A stretch of DNA of 64,000 bases from Octopus sinensis (taxonomy: Eukaryota), in assembly GCF_006345805.1 (NCBI RefSeq), contig NC_043005.1, positions 101,928,001 through 101,992,000 of the forward strand, given 5' to 3'. The notes under the pieces were generated by a model, which saw only the letters and a program-made list of their open reading frames with translations, had not been told where the DNA came from and made no database searches. Below, piece after piece: positions 1 to 14,214 of the stretch (its first letter is position 1; each line of letters begins with the position of its first letter). The position numbers and the translations under genes are program-made.

Positions 1-45
1 CCCTTCCCCCCAAATTTCGGGCCTTGTGCCTAGAGTAGAAAAGAA
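1..45 (+). mobile_element. SINE 3' fragment at the window edge
   Basis: cccaaatttcgggccttgtgcctagagtagaaaag matches the tails at 29060-29100 and 46990-47025. Confidence 0.7.
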
Positions 46-560
46 ACGAATATTCCCTGGTAATGAAATAAGATCATAAGTTAATTTTTTCAATAGAATA
101 TCGTCGGTATTTTTCTCAAAGAAAGTAATTAGAAATAAAAAATAGGAAATATCCAATCAAATAAAATAATTAATAATATAGCAATACATTCAATTTAGAG
201 TTTACACTATTTTATACTTTTAACTATCAATTACTAAGAACTAATTAAGTGAGTGAAATTTAGAACTTATAGTCTGAATTATAAATTTCGACTTAAAATA
301 ACTTTTGATGAACGCAGAATGTTGTACATTTTACTTTTACATAACTGAGAGAAAATAATTAAAATTTCTTCTACAGTTTTGAATTATTTTTGATTAAAGG
401 AAACAAAATTCTTCAGTGTCATTGATGACTGATGTTTGCGTATTTCGTATTTCATTATCAATGAAACCTAAATTACGTCCGATTTTTACTGACTATGTAA
501 AGAAACTAGGAATGTGAGGTATATCTCTCAATTATATCTATAGTAAGTTTCGTAAGTTTT

Positions 561-974
561 TAAGGCGGAGAGCTGGCAGAATCGTTAGCACGCCGGGTGG
601 GATGCTTAGCGGTATTCTTCTGCGTTACGTTCTGAGTTCAAATTCCGCCGAGTTCGACTTTGCCTTTCATCCTTTCGGGGTCGATTAAATAAGTACCAGT
701 TACGCACTGGGGTCGATATAATCGACTTAATCCGTTTGTCTGTGCTTGTCTGTCTTTTCTGTGTGTAGCCCCTTGTGGGTAGTAAAGAAACAGGTATTTC
801 GTCTGCCGTTACGTTCTGAGTTCAAATTCCGCCGAGGTTGACTTTGCCTTTCATCATTTCGGGGTCGATTAAATAAGTACCAGTTACGCACTGGCGTCGA
901 TATAATCGACTTAATCCGTTTGTCTGTCCTTGTTTGTCTTCTCTGTGTTTAGCCCCTTGTGGGTAGTAAAGAAA
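561..974 (+). mobile_element. SINE family A, full copy plus tandem 5'-truncated copy
   Basis: tRNA-like head (ggcgg.gagctggcagaatcgttagc..gagttcaaattcc) and tail agccccttgtgggtagtaaagaaa, present twice. Confidence 0.88.
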
Positions 975-3106
975 TTAAGTCAGTAAGTTTCTTTCTATCA
1001 ATATTTAGAATCTGATACTCGATTCTTATCTGAACATAAGAGTTGCTAATTCATATTGTTACAATGTGCAATGCAAATAATACATTAAACTACGCCTTAT
1101 ATTCGAAGATGTGTCAAGGTAAAAGGTATTCAGAGACCAAATTATGACAAACTCTATTTAATTTGCTTGCTTTTCAGGTGTTGCCAAATTTTTTCATAAG
1201 CATATCAAGTGTTTATTTCAGCTAAAACTAATTTGCAGGAGAATTAAGTCCAGTTACCGTGAACAAAGAAGAAATCGTCGCTTTGGTTACACATTCCTTA
1301 ATTATATCTAGAGGTTTTGGTTTAGAAAAGTTATGATCAGCGGAAAACCGTCTTCAGGGTACAGAGTTTGGTTAAGATCAAAGGTTTATGGAGATGTAAA
1401 CCGATATTTTGAGACAGTCATTCATTTGGTTGATATAACCTGTGCAAATGCGTTGTGGTTAGTGCTCACCATGAATATAAGTTAGGAAGGGTGTAGCGGA
1501 GGTGACAGTTAGAGATCGTAAATATAAAAGAGAATTTAAAAAATTAAATCGAAAATAAACTATACATTTTGGCGTCTTTAAGAAGATTTATGCTTATTAA
1601 CTTAACCGGTTTCAAAATTTCATGTTTAAAAATCTAGCGTATGATAGAGTGACATAAGGCATTGCAGTAAATGTCTCGACTCAGTGCGCAGTTTGAAAAC
1701 GCGCTGCTTTTTATGAAGAGATTATATCGGAAGTTGCCAAATTTTACCATATCATAATATCAATTCGATTGACTGCAGGTGTTCACGAGTTCAGGCACAA
1801 AATATCTATGTACATACATACACATACACACACATACTTGGACACGTATGTTTCCATAGGATTGTCTTCCATTTTAGTTTAAGTAGCGCATTATTTCGTA
1901 TTACTGAATTTGATTTAAAAATAATGAAACATAAGGTTTATGACGGTGTTGTGAGTGCAATCGTCGAACTTGTGGCACTGTCAGGAAACTTGGTAATCTA
2001 CGAATGGATAATGTATTTCTCTGGCACTCATATAATGTTATGGAATAATGGTTTTGCAAAACAACCAAGAGAAACCTGCTCGAATTCATTCACCTAAACA
2101 GACACTCTTGGGGAACGAGAAATGTAGTCAACAACAAGCTATTTAAGGAAACACTAGATGAGGCTTAGAAGTAAAAACACCAAGAAGTTAATTCAACCGA
2201 GAGAGACAAATTTGAAACAGTAGAACTGAGTAAACAGAGAAATAGAAAGCAATAAGAGGACTTTAAAACACATTGCGTAAATATCATAGAAACAATATTA
2301 CAAGATGAAGAAGAATTTTCATCTGCTAAAAAATATATGAAAGAAAGAGTAGTCCGAAACCACAAAATTCAAAGGTGGAACCGTCAAGAAATGTAGAAAT
2401 AGTAATATAGATATAGCCGTAGAGTTATACTGAAAGTTACATTTCAGTAATAGAAATAACTATGGCTTTATAGATAGCAGACTAAGCCGTAACAACATTA
2501 TACATACGCTAAAAATATTATACACAATGTCTTAAAGAAGCGGTATAAACTGTCAAAAAATGACCTGCTAAACTTTTCACAAATTGACTCCAGCAGAACA
2601 GGCTCGAAAATTATCCAGCCTGAAGTCTCCTTAATACTATATATAAATTATTCGGAAAGATTATAATAAAGTTTGATAAACAATAGGAACAGAATAACCG
2701 CGCTAGTGAACAAATGGATTTTGTTTCTTGTACCATTAACCACCTACGTCCCGAAATATGAAAGGAATATAACGACCCACCAACCCTGCATATTTTAAAA
2801 GTCTACCAGCATTGCTGCAGATGCGCGAGTAGTGAGGACAACCATTATAAATATCCTAAAATATATCCTTCGTCAGACGATACAAATACGAAGTAAAAAG
2901 GTAACCATACCTCTAAAATTTTCATGGAGTCTATAATTTAAAAAAAAAATCCTATACTGGTATGAAGAAGAAAGGTGAATTAACATTATTAGCGCATTTC
3001 ACCCACACCATCAATTTGTTTAAGTAAAACTTTAAAGATCTAAATACAGAAAGAAAGGCTGTAGGACTAAATGGAAGCATAAAGATATAAAACTAAAACG
3101 ATATAA

Positions 3107-3500
3107 TCTTTATATATAAAAGTGAGGTTGTGTGCTGTCTGTCTCCTACGATTTAGATTCCTAACTACTCCCACATTTTGCGGTGCAGTTTAACCAAAAC
3201 CGGGTATCTTATAGTCGTGATTCATATCGAACCCTTCTGGGTATTAGCGCGCGTCTACGATGAGTTTACGATTTAAAAAACATTACCATAAATTTTTCCC
3301 ATTTTTAATCCATTTTTGGCATATATAAGGGAAGTAACTCTCTAAAAATTTATTATTAAATCTCAGAACGTAAAAAGCTACAGTAACACCCCCCCTTTGT
3401 GGTTAGCCATATTGAGATGGCTATTATACTTTACATCTCTAAAAATGCTTATATAGTTATTTCCCTTACAAACCCGAGCAACGCCGGGCGATACTGCTGG
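3107..3500 (+). mobile_element. Non-autonomous Helitron
   Basis: 5' TC(tttatatataaaag), subterminal hairpin cccgagc-aac-gccggg (3473-3488), 3' CTGG (CTRR), inserted between A and T, no TSD. Confidence 0.7.
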
Positions 3501-4287
3501 TGCTATATAAAACAGACCGAAATAGAATCAGATAATAAAGTTGAAGAAATATTTAAAACGTAGAGAGCTGTGTACACCTTATTTAACTTATTGTAACTGT
3601 CAGAAAAAAAACCCCCAAAAAACAAATGAAATTCAATAATATTGAGGAAAAGCTATCAGTGTTAAAACGTTCGTCCTTCTGAAGGTACTATTTGGTAAAT
3701 GATAATATTTGATACATACAAATATAAATTCGTGGACGATTTAAAATTCGCTCCGTACATATTTACATCGCGGAAAAAGAGCTGGAATTAATTACAATAT
3801 TTTTCGTTCATAGAGACAAGGACTTCTGCCAAAAGAAATGATTATATTAACAATTGGACGAGGAAAAAGGCCCCCGCAATTCGTCAATTGCCTCACTGAC
3901 TCTCCTCTTCTATAAAACGAGTGCTACCTAGATATGGATGAAAATATATCGAACTAAAGTACTTTACAAGAAAAGCATCTTACGACTAAAGGATTCAAAG
4001 TGATACCATTAATTCCAGTTTTCTATTTAATGTATTATGCTCTGTGACAAATTTATTTGCCCGAGAATTTCAGTTTACATTTTCTTGAAGGTAAATCCTC
4101 CAATTATATACATATGGATAAACAGAACTTGCAAGTGTACTGACTGGGGGGGGGGAGCTCTCTTTTATTAATCTCTCTTCTCTGATACATCCACACACAC
4201 ACACACGGAAACAATATAAATTATAAAATACGTATATGAATATATATATATACATATATATATATGTGTGTGTGTGTGTATGCATAT

Positions 4288-4341
<54 letters not shown>

Positions 4342-4420
4342 TAATATGAATATATACATTTGCATACACAGACAAATAAATATATATATATATTTGTGTG
4401 TGTATGCAAATGTATATATG

Positions 4421-4455
<35 letters not shown>

Positions 4456-7094
4456 ATGTATATATATATACATTTACGTACACACCCACACAATTATATG
4501 TACGCACGCATATGTATCATCTGTATATATGTATACACACGACACACACTTTCACTGAAGCCTACTTAAAATTGGTAGATTTTTTTTTTTATCATTTCCT
4601 TCTTCAGCTTTCTCCACCAACCGTTTTGTCACAGTCTAAATACATCATAAAATTCCATTTTCTCTCTTAGAATATATCAGAAGTAGGTGAAATACTAACT
4701 TATGGAATATATGTTTGAATAAAACACTAGGATTTCTGAAAAGAAAATTGCCAAGAAAAATCCAAAATGGAAGTAGAGACATAAATATCGTTAACACTCC
4801 TGCTGTGTTCCTTGTCTCTCAACATTTTTCTTGCATCTACTTCGATTTGTTTTTAAGTAGAAGATTCAGAAATTGATAAAATTATGTCGGCTTTGATGAA
4901 TGTGTATACAAAAATTCACAAACGGACGCAGATATACATTTATCAATATGTTTGTGCGTTTCTATATTCTTGGTTTTTGAAAAAAAGATTTTTTGTTGAT
5001 ATAATCGTATAATTGTGCATCTCCCAATTTTATTTAAAATGAGACAACACTGTGTGTATTTGAACATGTGTGTGTGTATGTGTGTGTGTGTATGTGTGTG
5101 CGTGTGTGCGGGCGTACGTACTTTATATTCACGCACGTGTGTATGTATGTGGATGTATAAATATGTATGTATGGTTTTTATCATATGTTTCTTTTTAAAT
5201 TTCTCACCAAGAGAAATAGCAGGTATTCAATTTAGAAACCAGACACTTTTATTAGAATTCATCAATTTGATAAAAACATACACACACGTACACATACACA
5301 CACTTACACATACACATACTCACACGCAAACACACACATATATACACACTTACACAGGCAAAAATGCACTTGGATATGTGTGTGTGTCTGTATATGTGTG
5401 TATGTATGCATATATTTGTACGTACACAAACACACACACACACACACACACATGAGCACACACACGTACACATGCTCGCACACACACACATGCATGGATA
5501 TAAGCATGCAGGCAAAAACACGCACACACCCACACGCAAACACATGCTCTCACATACACATAGACAGCGATTTATATATAACGCGCATTCACTTGGTAGC
5601 ATGCCTATAAATATTGCAATGTATTTAGTCAGAACCAAACTGCTGAAATAGTTTACTTATCATCATAATTCAAGTACGTCTTTGTAAATATAAGCTTATA
5701 GTAAATGTAAGTTTATAGCCGAGTTCTTTCTGCTTTTGGAAAACTTGCTTCTCAAAACTGCCACTGAGACCGCAAGGTATAGAACTTGGAGCCTCAATAA
5801 TCGTACGTATACATTTGTAAGTTTTAGTCAGTAAGACACAGGTGTTTCCTCTTTCACTAATATTTAAGCTTATTTTCGCATTTGAATGGATTAATATAAT
5901 TTACCGCTGCCCACGACACACTCTTTCACATCCCTGATCATCGTACCTGGCTAGTTATAACAGGAATGTTCCACCAGTATTCTTTTATAATACTGTCGAG
6001 TATGAGCTCTGTCTTATTAATTTCTTATAGTTTGATCTTTAAGTCATTCTTATCAGTCATTTGCAATGTAAAGTACTTTGGCTGCTACACTGCAATTATA
6101 TGTAATGATATTTTCGGACAGCTACTTTTCTACAGTATTACACACGTACAGTATTAACTCTTCTGAGACGATAACACTAATTGTTATACTTCAATGCTTC
6201 AACTAGATCCCTTTCCAATCTGTGAATCAATTCTATAGGGTATTTCATTATTACTTATTTGTGGATTGCAAATAAAGAGACCCTACTATATGAGAACTGA
6301 TATACCGGTTGTTAGTCCATTAGTGACTACTTTAGTTACCTACGTTACTGTTTCTCACCAAAATTTACTAACAACATAGACATGCTTAACAGTCTGCTGA
6401 TAAGCAGAAATGCTTTAATCTCTCATTTTTCTGCTCTAGCGTAGTGCGAATTCTGTTGGACTGTATCTTTCATCATCACTCGGGGAATACTTTCTGAGAT
6501 GCTCCTTTCGAACCATTTATTTGCCGCGTATTTTTCAGACTTGCTCCAGTATTGCACTTCAATGCTTTGTACTAAAGAATTTATGATATTACATTAGAAA
6601 CATGTTTGAATCAATGTTGAAACTCTGCTTCTTTGATATTGTTTTCGACAGACTCAGTATGTACGTATGCATGTATGTATGTATGTAAGTAGGTAGGTAG
6701 GCAGGTACTTACTTAACTGTCTAACTAGACAGTTAGACAGTTAAGTGAGTTGAGATGTATATAGGCATATATGTATGAATGTATGTATGTTTGTATATGT
6801 GCCTTCACGTGTGCCTGCTGGTATATAACAGGAGATTCATTTCTACCTGAACAATTTCAGGTATGTCTCTATATACATGTTCTAATCTAACAGACCTATT
6901 ATTAAAATTCATTGAAGCGAAGACTATTCCGTCATATTTTTTTATTAATGTATATAATCTGGACTTCATTACCAAATATAATTTTTGCAGATTCTACCTT
7001 TGTTGTTGAGAGTAAATTAGTTGATCGGCCTATCATGTCGTGCGACCGCGAAGAGGCTTTACAGCTGGCTTGTATCCATAAAGGATTCTGATCT

Positions 7095-8015
7095 AATCAC
7101 AAAGCCGATAATTTTGACCGGTGGGGATTAGGTAATACCATGAAACCAGTGCTTCACTAGTACTATATTTTCTCGACCCCGGAAGGATGAAGGACAAAAT
7201 TATTCTCGGTGGGATTCGATCTCAGAACGTAACGAACTGGAAGAAATACCGCATGAATTTTTTTTTTCTCAACATTCAGCAATTCTTCAAATTCCACGCC
7301 TTTAAATAAAATCAGAAGGAATAGTGGGGCGGTAGAGGATAACGAAATAGTTACTTACGTCTCTTCAATTCCTGAGATCAAACCAGTCCTAGATCGAATT
7401 TTCCCTTGAAAATACTTGGATTCGTCAAATAATGGGCTTATGTTAACGAATGCTTACCCCAATTTTTTTTTTTTTTTATCGAAACAACAATATATTATGT
7501 GAGAGAAATGCGATAATTTGGCATTTATGTTAACGCTGAACAATATACAATGAATACTGGTTCAAATTTTGGTACACGGTCAGCAATTTTGGGAGAGGGG
7601 ACAAGTCGATTACATTGTCATCAATGTTCGACAGACACGTATTCTATCGGCCAGAAAAGAATGAAAGGAAAAGTCAACCTCGGTAGAATTTGAATTCAAA
7701 GCGTAAAGACGGACGAAATGCCGCTAAGCATTTTGCTCGGTGTGCTGATAATTCTGCTAGCTGCCTTAATATGCAATGAATATTAATAATTTACTTAAGG
7801 CGGCGAAATAGAAGAATCGTTTGCACGTCGGACAAAATGCTTAACAGCATTTCGTCCGTCTTCACGTTCCGAGTTAAAAAAAACTGCTGAGGCCAACTTT
7901 ACCTTTCACCCGTTCAGGCTCGATAAATTAACTACCAGTTGATCATTGGAGTCAATGTAATCAACTTACCGAATGTCTTGAAACTCCTGGCTTTGGGCCA
8001 AAATTTGATATCAGT
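7095..8015. mobile_element. Cluster of three degenerate family A SINEs (two minus, one plus)
   Basis: Diverged matches to ggaatttgaactcagaacgtaa / gaaatgccgctaagca at ~7095-7250 (-), ~7590-7765 (-), ~7795-8015 (+). Confidence 0.7.
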
Positions 8016-8377
8016 ATTAATAATTAACAAGGTACAATACTTAATTTATAGAGAAATATTGAATTCTACTATCTAAATCTTTACCTTGATATTTGGGTGT
8101 CTGTGTCGAATAGCCACCTCTAAATTGGACTTGGTGAACGAAAGGAAATACTGATTTCGGGTAACTTGAATCGGTGTATATAAAGAGATAGTATAAATAC
8201 CTCAAACCGTCATGTACGGTGATCTGCTATTTCATACTTATTCCATAGAGACTCTACCGATGGATATTATACCTAAATATATTACGGTTTATAAGAATAT
8301 ATGCTTGCGTACAAAGATATCTCATGGTGTATTTGGAAATAGAAAATATAAGAAAAACCTATAGAAAAACTCATTGC

Positions 8378-8702
8378 ATGAGTTTTGCTTGTTCGCCAGT
8401 TCGCTGCGGCAAAGCACGATGGGGCTGACTCCTTCATAACACTTGGTGTCAATACACGTGAAGGCCATAGACACTTGAGGCAATTAGCTTCCAGTCCCAA
8501 CCAGGAGTGATGGATGGGATTGGATGTATATTACTATTGCGCCATTGTTGTGGTTTATCAACACCTCGTACGTAAACGAACCGGGAACGAATCGTATCGT
8601 CAGACTATGATTATATACAAACAGTGTTGTAACACCCAGAGTTATGAGGGAGTCATTCCCATCGCGCTACTCGCTGCGTACTGGCGGATAAGCAAAACGC
8701 AT
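8378..8702. mobile_element. Degenerate fold-back/MITE-like element with ~63-bp inverted arms
   Basis: 8378-8440 is an imperfect reverse complement of 8641-8702. Confidence 0.55.
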
Positions 8703-10839
8703 ACACTGAGTATGTGCGGTCGATAATGTTTACAACACTAGCGTTGCATTCATTTCGTAATTGAATAAGGAAAAATGTACCATGTTGCTGAATGGCAGAG
8801 AATGTTTCATAAGTGGTTCTGGTGTCGTAGATGTGTCTGAACTGTGAGGAAGAGATATTATTAAATGTAAGGCTCTGGCTGTAGCGTCCTAGCATGTTGC
8901 AGATGTATCTGTACTGTATAAGAGAACAGGGTTTTTAGTAGTAATGTAGTAATGGTCTAGTGTTTTCCAGATGTACCTGAATTGACTGAGGGGATAGATA
9001 TTATCATTAGGATGATTTTGAAGCAGTATTCCGGTATGATGTAGATGTACCTTGAGTGAGTGAGGGAATAGTATTGTTAGGATGGTATTCTAGTAGTGTT
9101 ATAGTGCGCTATAAAGTGTCTGTACAAAACGTAGTAGAGAAAATGTTAAAATGGATTCAAAGATAAGACAGAGTTTTGACGGGCTTGTGTTATAATAGTA
9201 ATCAGGCTTAATGTATAGGTATCAAGATAGAATGGGTGAGACAGTGCCCATAGTAATATCGAATGAGATTGTAAATGTATCTCTAATTGGGAGAGAGAGA
9301 TTTGTATTGCTATCTTGGTGTTGTGGTAGTGATCTACATTTTAGATGTACTTACATTAATATAAGAGAAAATGTTTTTAGGATTGTATTATATTAGCGTA
9401 ATGTTATGTGTTGCAGAGTTTGAAGTTCCAAAATATAAGCATATGAGTTAGAAGTTGGCTACGTACACATCTTAAAGAATATGTAAGTTCTCAGAATAAG
9501 TTATCATACCTCGCTTGTAACATTAAACAATGGTTGGCAACATTGCGTTGCGTATTTGATGTATGAATATAGAACTTTTATTGTGATACTACGTTTGTTT
9601 TTCCTCAGTAAGTCTAGTTTTATGTTCCCCCGGGTTCTCTCTGAATAGTACCAGTTATATATACTGCTGTCAAGTCAATCAAGTTTACACCTCTTGTTTA
9701 TTTGCTAAAAAAATAATATTTCACAATACCTGACCATATGAATATTTAATGTTAGCACGTGAATATATGCATTATGTATTCAAAACTTTCTAGATATTTC
9801 CAGGTGGAATAAAACTGTCGTACATTCAATCAACTTAATGCTTCCGTTGCTAAACACTAAATAGATTAATTCCAGTTTAAAAATGATGAATGACACTGTG
9901 TCCGCTGTCAACAGTTGACTTATATTTTATGTTTACGTTCCAAGAAAAAGACATAAAAAAGACAAAAGGAAGGAAAAGAAAAACCTAAGAAATAAGGTAA
10001 TACCGAAGGAAATATGGAAACTAAGTGCAATAAAATTCAAATTTCGTTCTCGAGCAATATGACAATTTGTCTAAGGGTCAAGAAATGGGGCGAACACCAT
10101 AGAAACTATATATTCCAACCAATATTTCTTTAGTTGCGTTGAAGTTATCTTTGGCATGAATTGAATGTTTGATGTATTATGTAAGAATCAGTATTGTCAT
10201 TTTGATTTTCGTCGCGTAAATGGAAGAGCCGCAGAGTTTTAAGAATTTATAACATTTGCACTCAACGCAGAAACATTGAAACATGCTTCAATGATTGGTA
10301 ATTATTATCATCGACTTTTACTATCCCTTGACGCCTCCATGAAGTTCAGAAAATAAGCTTTCAAAAGTATTATATAATCTCTTAAAAATACTTTCAACTA
10401 CTTTAGTTGAGATGGACCTTTGACCTTGGCAACAGTTTCTTCAAAAGTAAATGACAGTCTCCTAAAACATTTCTAAGAGATTTTAAATTGTTCATTCTTG
10501 TGTGTGAGGTTTCAATTTTGGCACTTTACACCAAATTTGACACTCGTCCATTTCCCGTTCGCTGGAAGGGGGTTACAGAAGAACGTCATTATGTTTAATT
10601 TTCCACATGTCCTACATCGAAATAATTGGGAGACGAGACATTTGAAATGATTTTACTCGGAGAGAAAACAATATCATTCGATTGTTATTGTAAAAGCACG
10701 TATATAAAACAGCATTACAGAAGTTCTATGGCTGTAAAGTAACATAACTTAAGTTCTAATATTTAGGCTCCCTGCGGAATAACAAATTGAAACATCCATT
10801 GTAGTTTCCTAAGCGGAATAAACACAGTAATTACGGCTT

Positions 10840-11010
10840 CAGGAAAGGCGTTGAGCTGGCAGAATTGGTAGCACGCCGGTCAAAACAGAAAGCGGCATTT
10901 CATCCATCTTACGTCCTGAGTTCAAACTGCGCTGAGCTTGACTTCGCATTTCAGCCTTTCAGATATCAGTTGAGCACTGGTGTTGATGCAAATGATGAGC
11001 TCTCCCGACA
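10840..11010 (+). mobile_element. SINE family A
   Basis: aaggcgttgagctggcagaattggtagcacgccgg..gagttcaaactgcgc. Confidence 0.8.
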
Positions 11011-11060
11011 AAAATTTCAACCCTCGTATACCTAATATATGTATACGTATACCTAATACT

Positions 11061-11169
<109 letters not shown>

Positions 11170-11180
11170 TATATGTATAT

Positions 11181-11610
11181 ACAGGGAAAATTCACACAAA
11201 AATACCCAGAAGACGAAGACAGGTGGTGTAGACAACAAACAGATGTATTAGTATAACGCTCGGGAATTGAAAATGTCTTTAACGTTTCCAGCCTACGCTT
11301 TTCCACAGAAAGAAACAAGGAGAGAAAATAAAGAATGTGTAGTGGCTAGCGATCTATCGTGGCACTGTGGTGTAAGGTGTAGTGTTGTGTGGTGTGGGGT
11401 GATGGTGTTGGGAAGTGGGGGAGGCGGGGGTTAGGAAAGCATGGGTGGGGTGTGGGTTAGGGTGAGGGTGTGAGGAGAGGTGGGGTATGAGTAGGCTGAG
11501 GGTGGGGTGGCGTAAGATGGGGAAGGATAGGGAACGTGGGGTTGGAATGTGTAGGGGTGGGGTGGGCTTACGAGTGAGGGGTGACGATGAAGGGAAGAAG
11601 GAGAAGGTAT
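11181..11610 (-). mobile_element. PLE-like 3' fragment: C-rich UTR, degenerate HHR-like motif, terminus at (TA)n
   Basis: Terminal ~110 bp are shared with 12974-13084. Minus strand 11276-11313 reads tcttt CTGTGGA a aagc-gtag-gctg GAA ACGT t aaaga. Confidence 0.55.
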
Positions 11611-12861
11611 ATATGATAGAAAGAATTAATTAGGACAACAGAAGTAATAAAAGGAATAGACCACATCAAAGACAATGGAAATATACCTTCAGATCATAGG
11701 AAAATGACACAGAATTTTATTGATAAGAAAAGATTCTCAATTTCAGCAATAAAATATAATATTGTGAGTTCTGTGTCTTTCTCAACGACTAAATTGCTCT
11801 GGACTTTTAACTTGATAGGATTAGAAAGTGGATGCTGGAGAGGCATCATTGTTTCAAGAAATATTTCCTGCTTCTCGGTGCTCACCTTATAAAACCATAA
11901 TTGGAAAGACAAGGAAGACGACAATAACCGTAACCGTCACAATCACCATTATCGATGCCCAAATATTTATCACCACCTCGTTGACTGTCACCACTCCACC
12001 TTTATAAGTTAACATAGCTCACTACGAATGGGAGGTAAATCTAACTCAAATCTGTCTTAAATAACAATGCGTAGAATATTGTGGGCATAAGTTTCCTAAA
12101 TGTTGGATAAAGACGGGATGGTCATGACTGGAATATGTTTGAACATAGTTTAAGAGCTGACCTGAGCTGAACAACAAACGCAAACATTATCAGCACAACC
12201 ACAAGAGCAACTACAAATATTACTGCTGCTACTGCTCATGCCGCTGCTGTTGCTACTACTACTACTACTACAAGTTGAAGTAAAATTTATGAATTTCAGT
12301 ACACTGATCATGTACGACATCAAGTATTTATAATGAAACAATACCATGATCTCGTGAGTTTTATCATATTTATTTAAGATAGGACATTACCATCACCGGT
12401 TGCTTCACCGTCATCAATTCACCTCAGTGAAAGTTAACCGTCATCAGTTCAACTCGTGGTAAGTTAACTGTCATCAGTTCAGCTTCTTTTTTTCTATTAG
12501 TTAAAATAGTTTGTAACTATTAAGGGTGAGATTCTGTGGATATATTTTCTCGGTACAATTCCTCCCGGTGAATTTATTCTGCGGTGAATTGATGGCAGTG
12601 AATCTTCTCTGCAATGAATTTACCAGTATTCGAAATCACTTAATTAAAAGATACTATCAACCAGTTAGTATGTAGTAATACCTAATTAGCGGTCAGTGGA
12701 CATAAACTGCACTAATACGTTTTCATAGGACAACAATATATATTCAAAAAGAAATACATATATGTGCGTATGCTTTGATCGGCCCAAGGTGCCAGGCAAA
12801 GGGTATGAACCACGAACAATGTGGTTGGGAACCAACGTGCTTATTACTCAGCCACGTCTGC

Positions 12862-12965
<104 letters not shown>

Positions 12966-12973
12966 CATATATG

Positions 12974-13084
12974 TAGGGAGAATTCACGAAAAAAACAAAC
13001 AAAAGACGTGGACAGGTGGTGTAGACAACAAACAGATGTATCAGTATAACGCTCGGGAATTGAAAAAGACTTTTACGTTTCGAG
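12974..13084 (-). mobile_element. Short truncated copy of the 11181 family
   Basis: tagggagaattcacgaaaaaa...gacaggtggtgtagacaacaaacagatgta...ttttacgtttcgag lying between (TA)n tracts. Confidence 0.7.
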
Positions 13085-13225
13085 TATATATATATGTATA
13101 TATAGTTATACAAGCAAAGGAATATAAATGTATGTTTACACACACACACACATATTTCGATAGGTAGATATATAGATATATAGGGAGGGAGACATATCGA
13201 TAGATGCATAGACAGACAGACACCC

Positions 13226-13312
<87 letters not shown>

Positions 13313-14182
13313 CAGACAGATAGGTAGATAAAGAGATAGATAGATGGATGGATAAATAAATGGATAGCTAAATCGATAGATACAAGCATATGTTGAATCG
13401 TTTGGAAAGAGAATTAATATGCATGATGAAGTTAAAAAGAACATTCTCGGTGGTAGAGGTGGTGGTGGTGTTGGAGTTGGTGGTGGTGGTGCTACTGCTG
13501 TTGCCGCCGCTGCAGTCACTGCTGCTGCTGATGATAATTATGATGACGATGATGATGTTGATGAAGATGACGATAATCTTGATGATGACTACTATGGCGT
13601 TCATTTAAAAAAAAGTAAGAACAAAAATAAGATGATGAATGACTAAAAAAACAACAGGAAAACGGAGAAGAAAAAGTTGAATGAGTGAGGGGAGTGAGAG
13701 GAGGAAGATGATGATGGTAGCAGTGGTAGTGTAGTGTTGCTGGTGGTCGGACAATAATTCTTTACTATGGCAGTGCTATAAGGCATTAGAGGCAGTATTT
13801 CACTGTGTATAGAGTAAGGGATTAAATAGGATATAACATTCAGCCCGAGATGGTTGGACAATCCGAGGGGGTTCATTCTGATAAAGCTACACAGTTGGCT
13901 TGTAAAAGATTGTATGGAATCTTCTGGAAACGTGACCAATGCTACGAAACGTGAGATGTCGCTCGAGGTTGGAAGCTTGGCGAAGGCATTTGTTGACAGA
14001 TTTCCATAGTACAATGCAAACACAGGATTATACACAGAGACAGTACTGATATATAAACGTATACATACATCCATGCATATGTAGACACATACATACACAT
14101 GGACATATATGCATACCCACATATATATAGATACATAGTCACGTATATATATATTATATATATATATATATGTGTGTGTGTG

Positions 14183-14214
<32 letters not shown>

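Noticed and set aside
1935-2980. Protein-like frames and possible decayed element
   Set aside because: Frequent stops and no identifiable motif, so it cannot be assigned.
13390-13646. Gly/Ala/Asp-rich ORF
   Set aside because: Built from GGT/GCT/GAT trinucleotide runs, open on both strands, with no splice or domain support.
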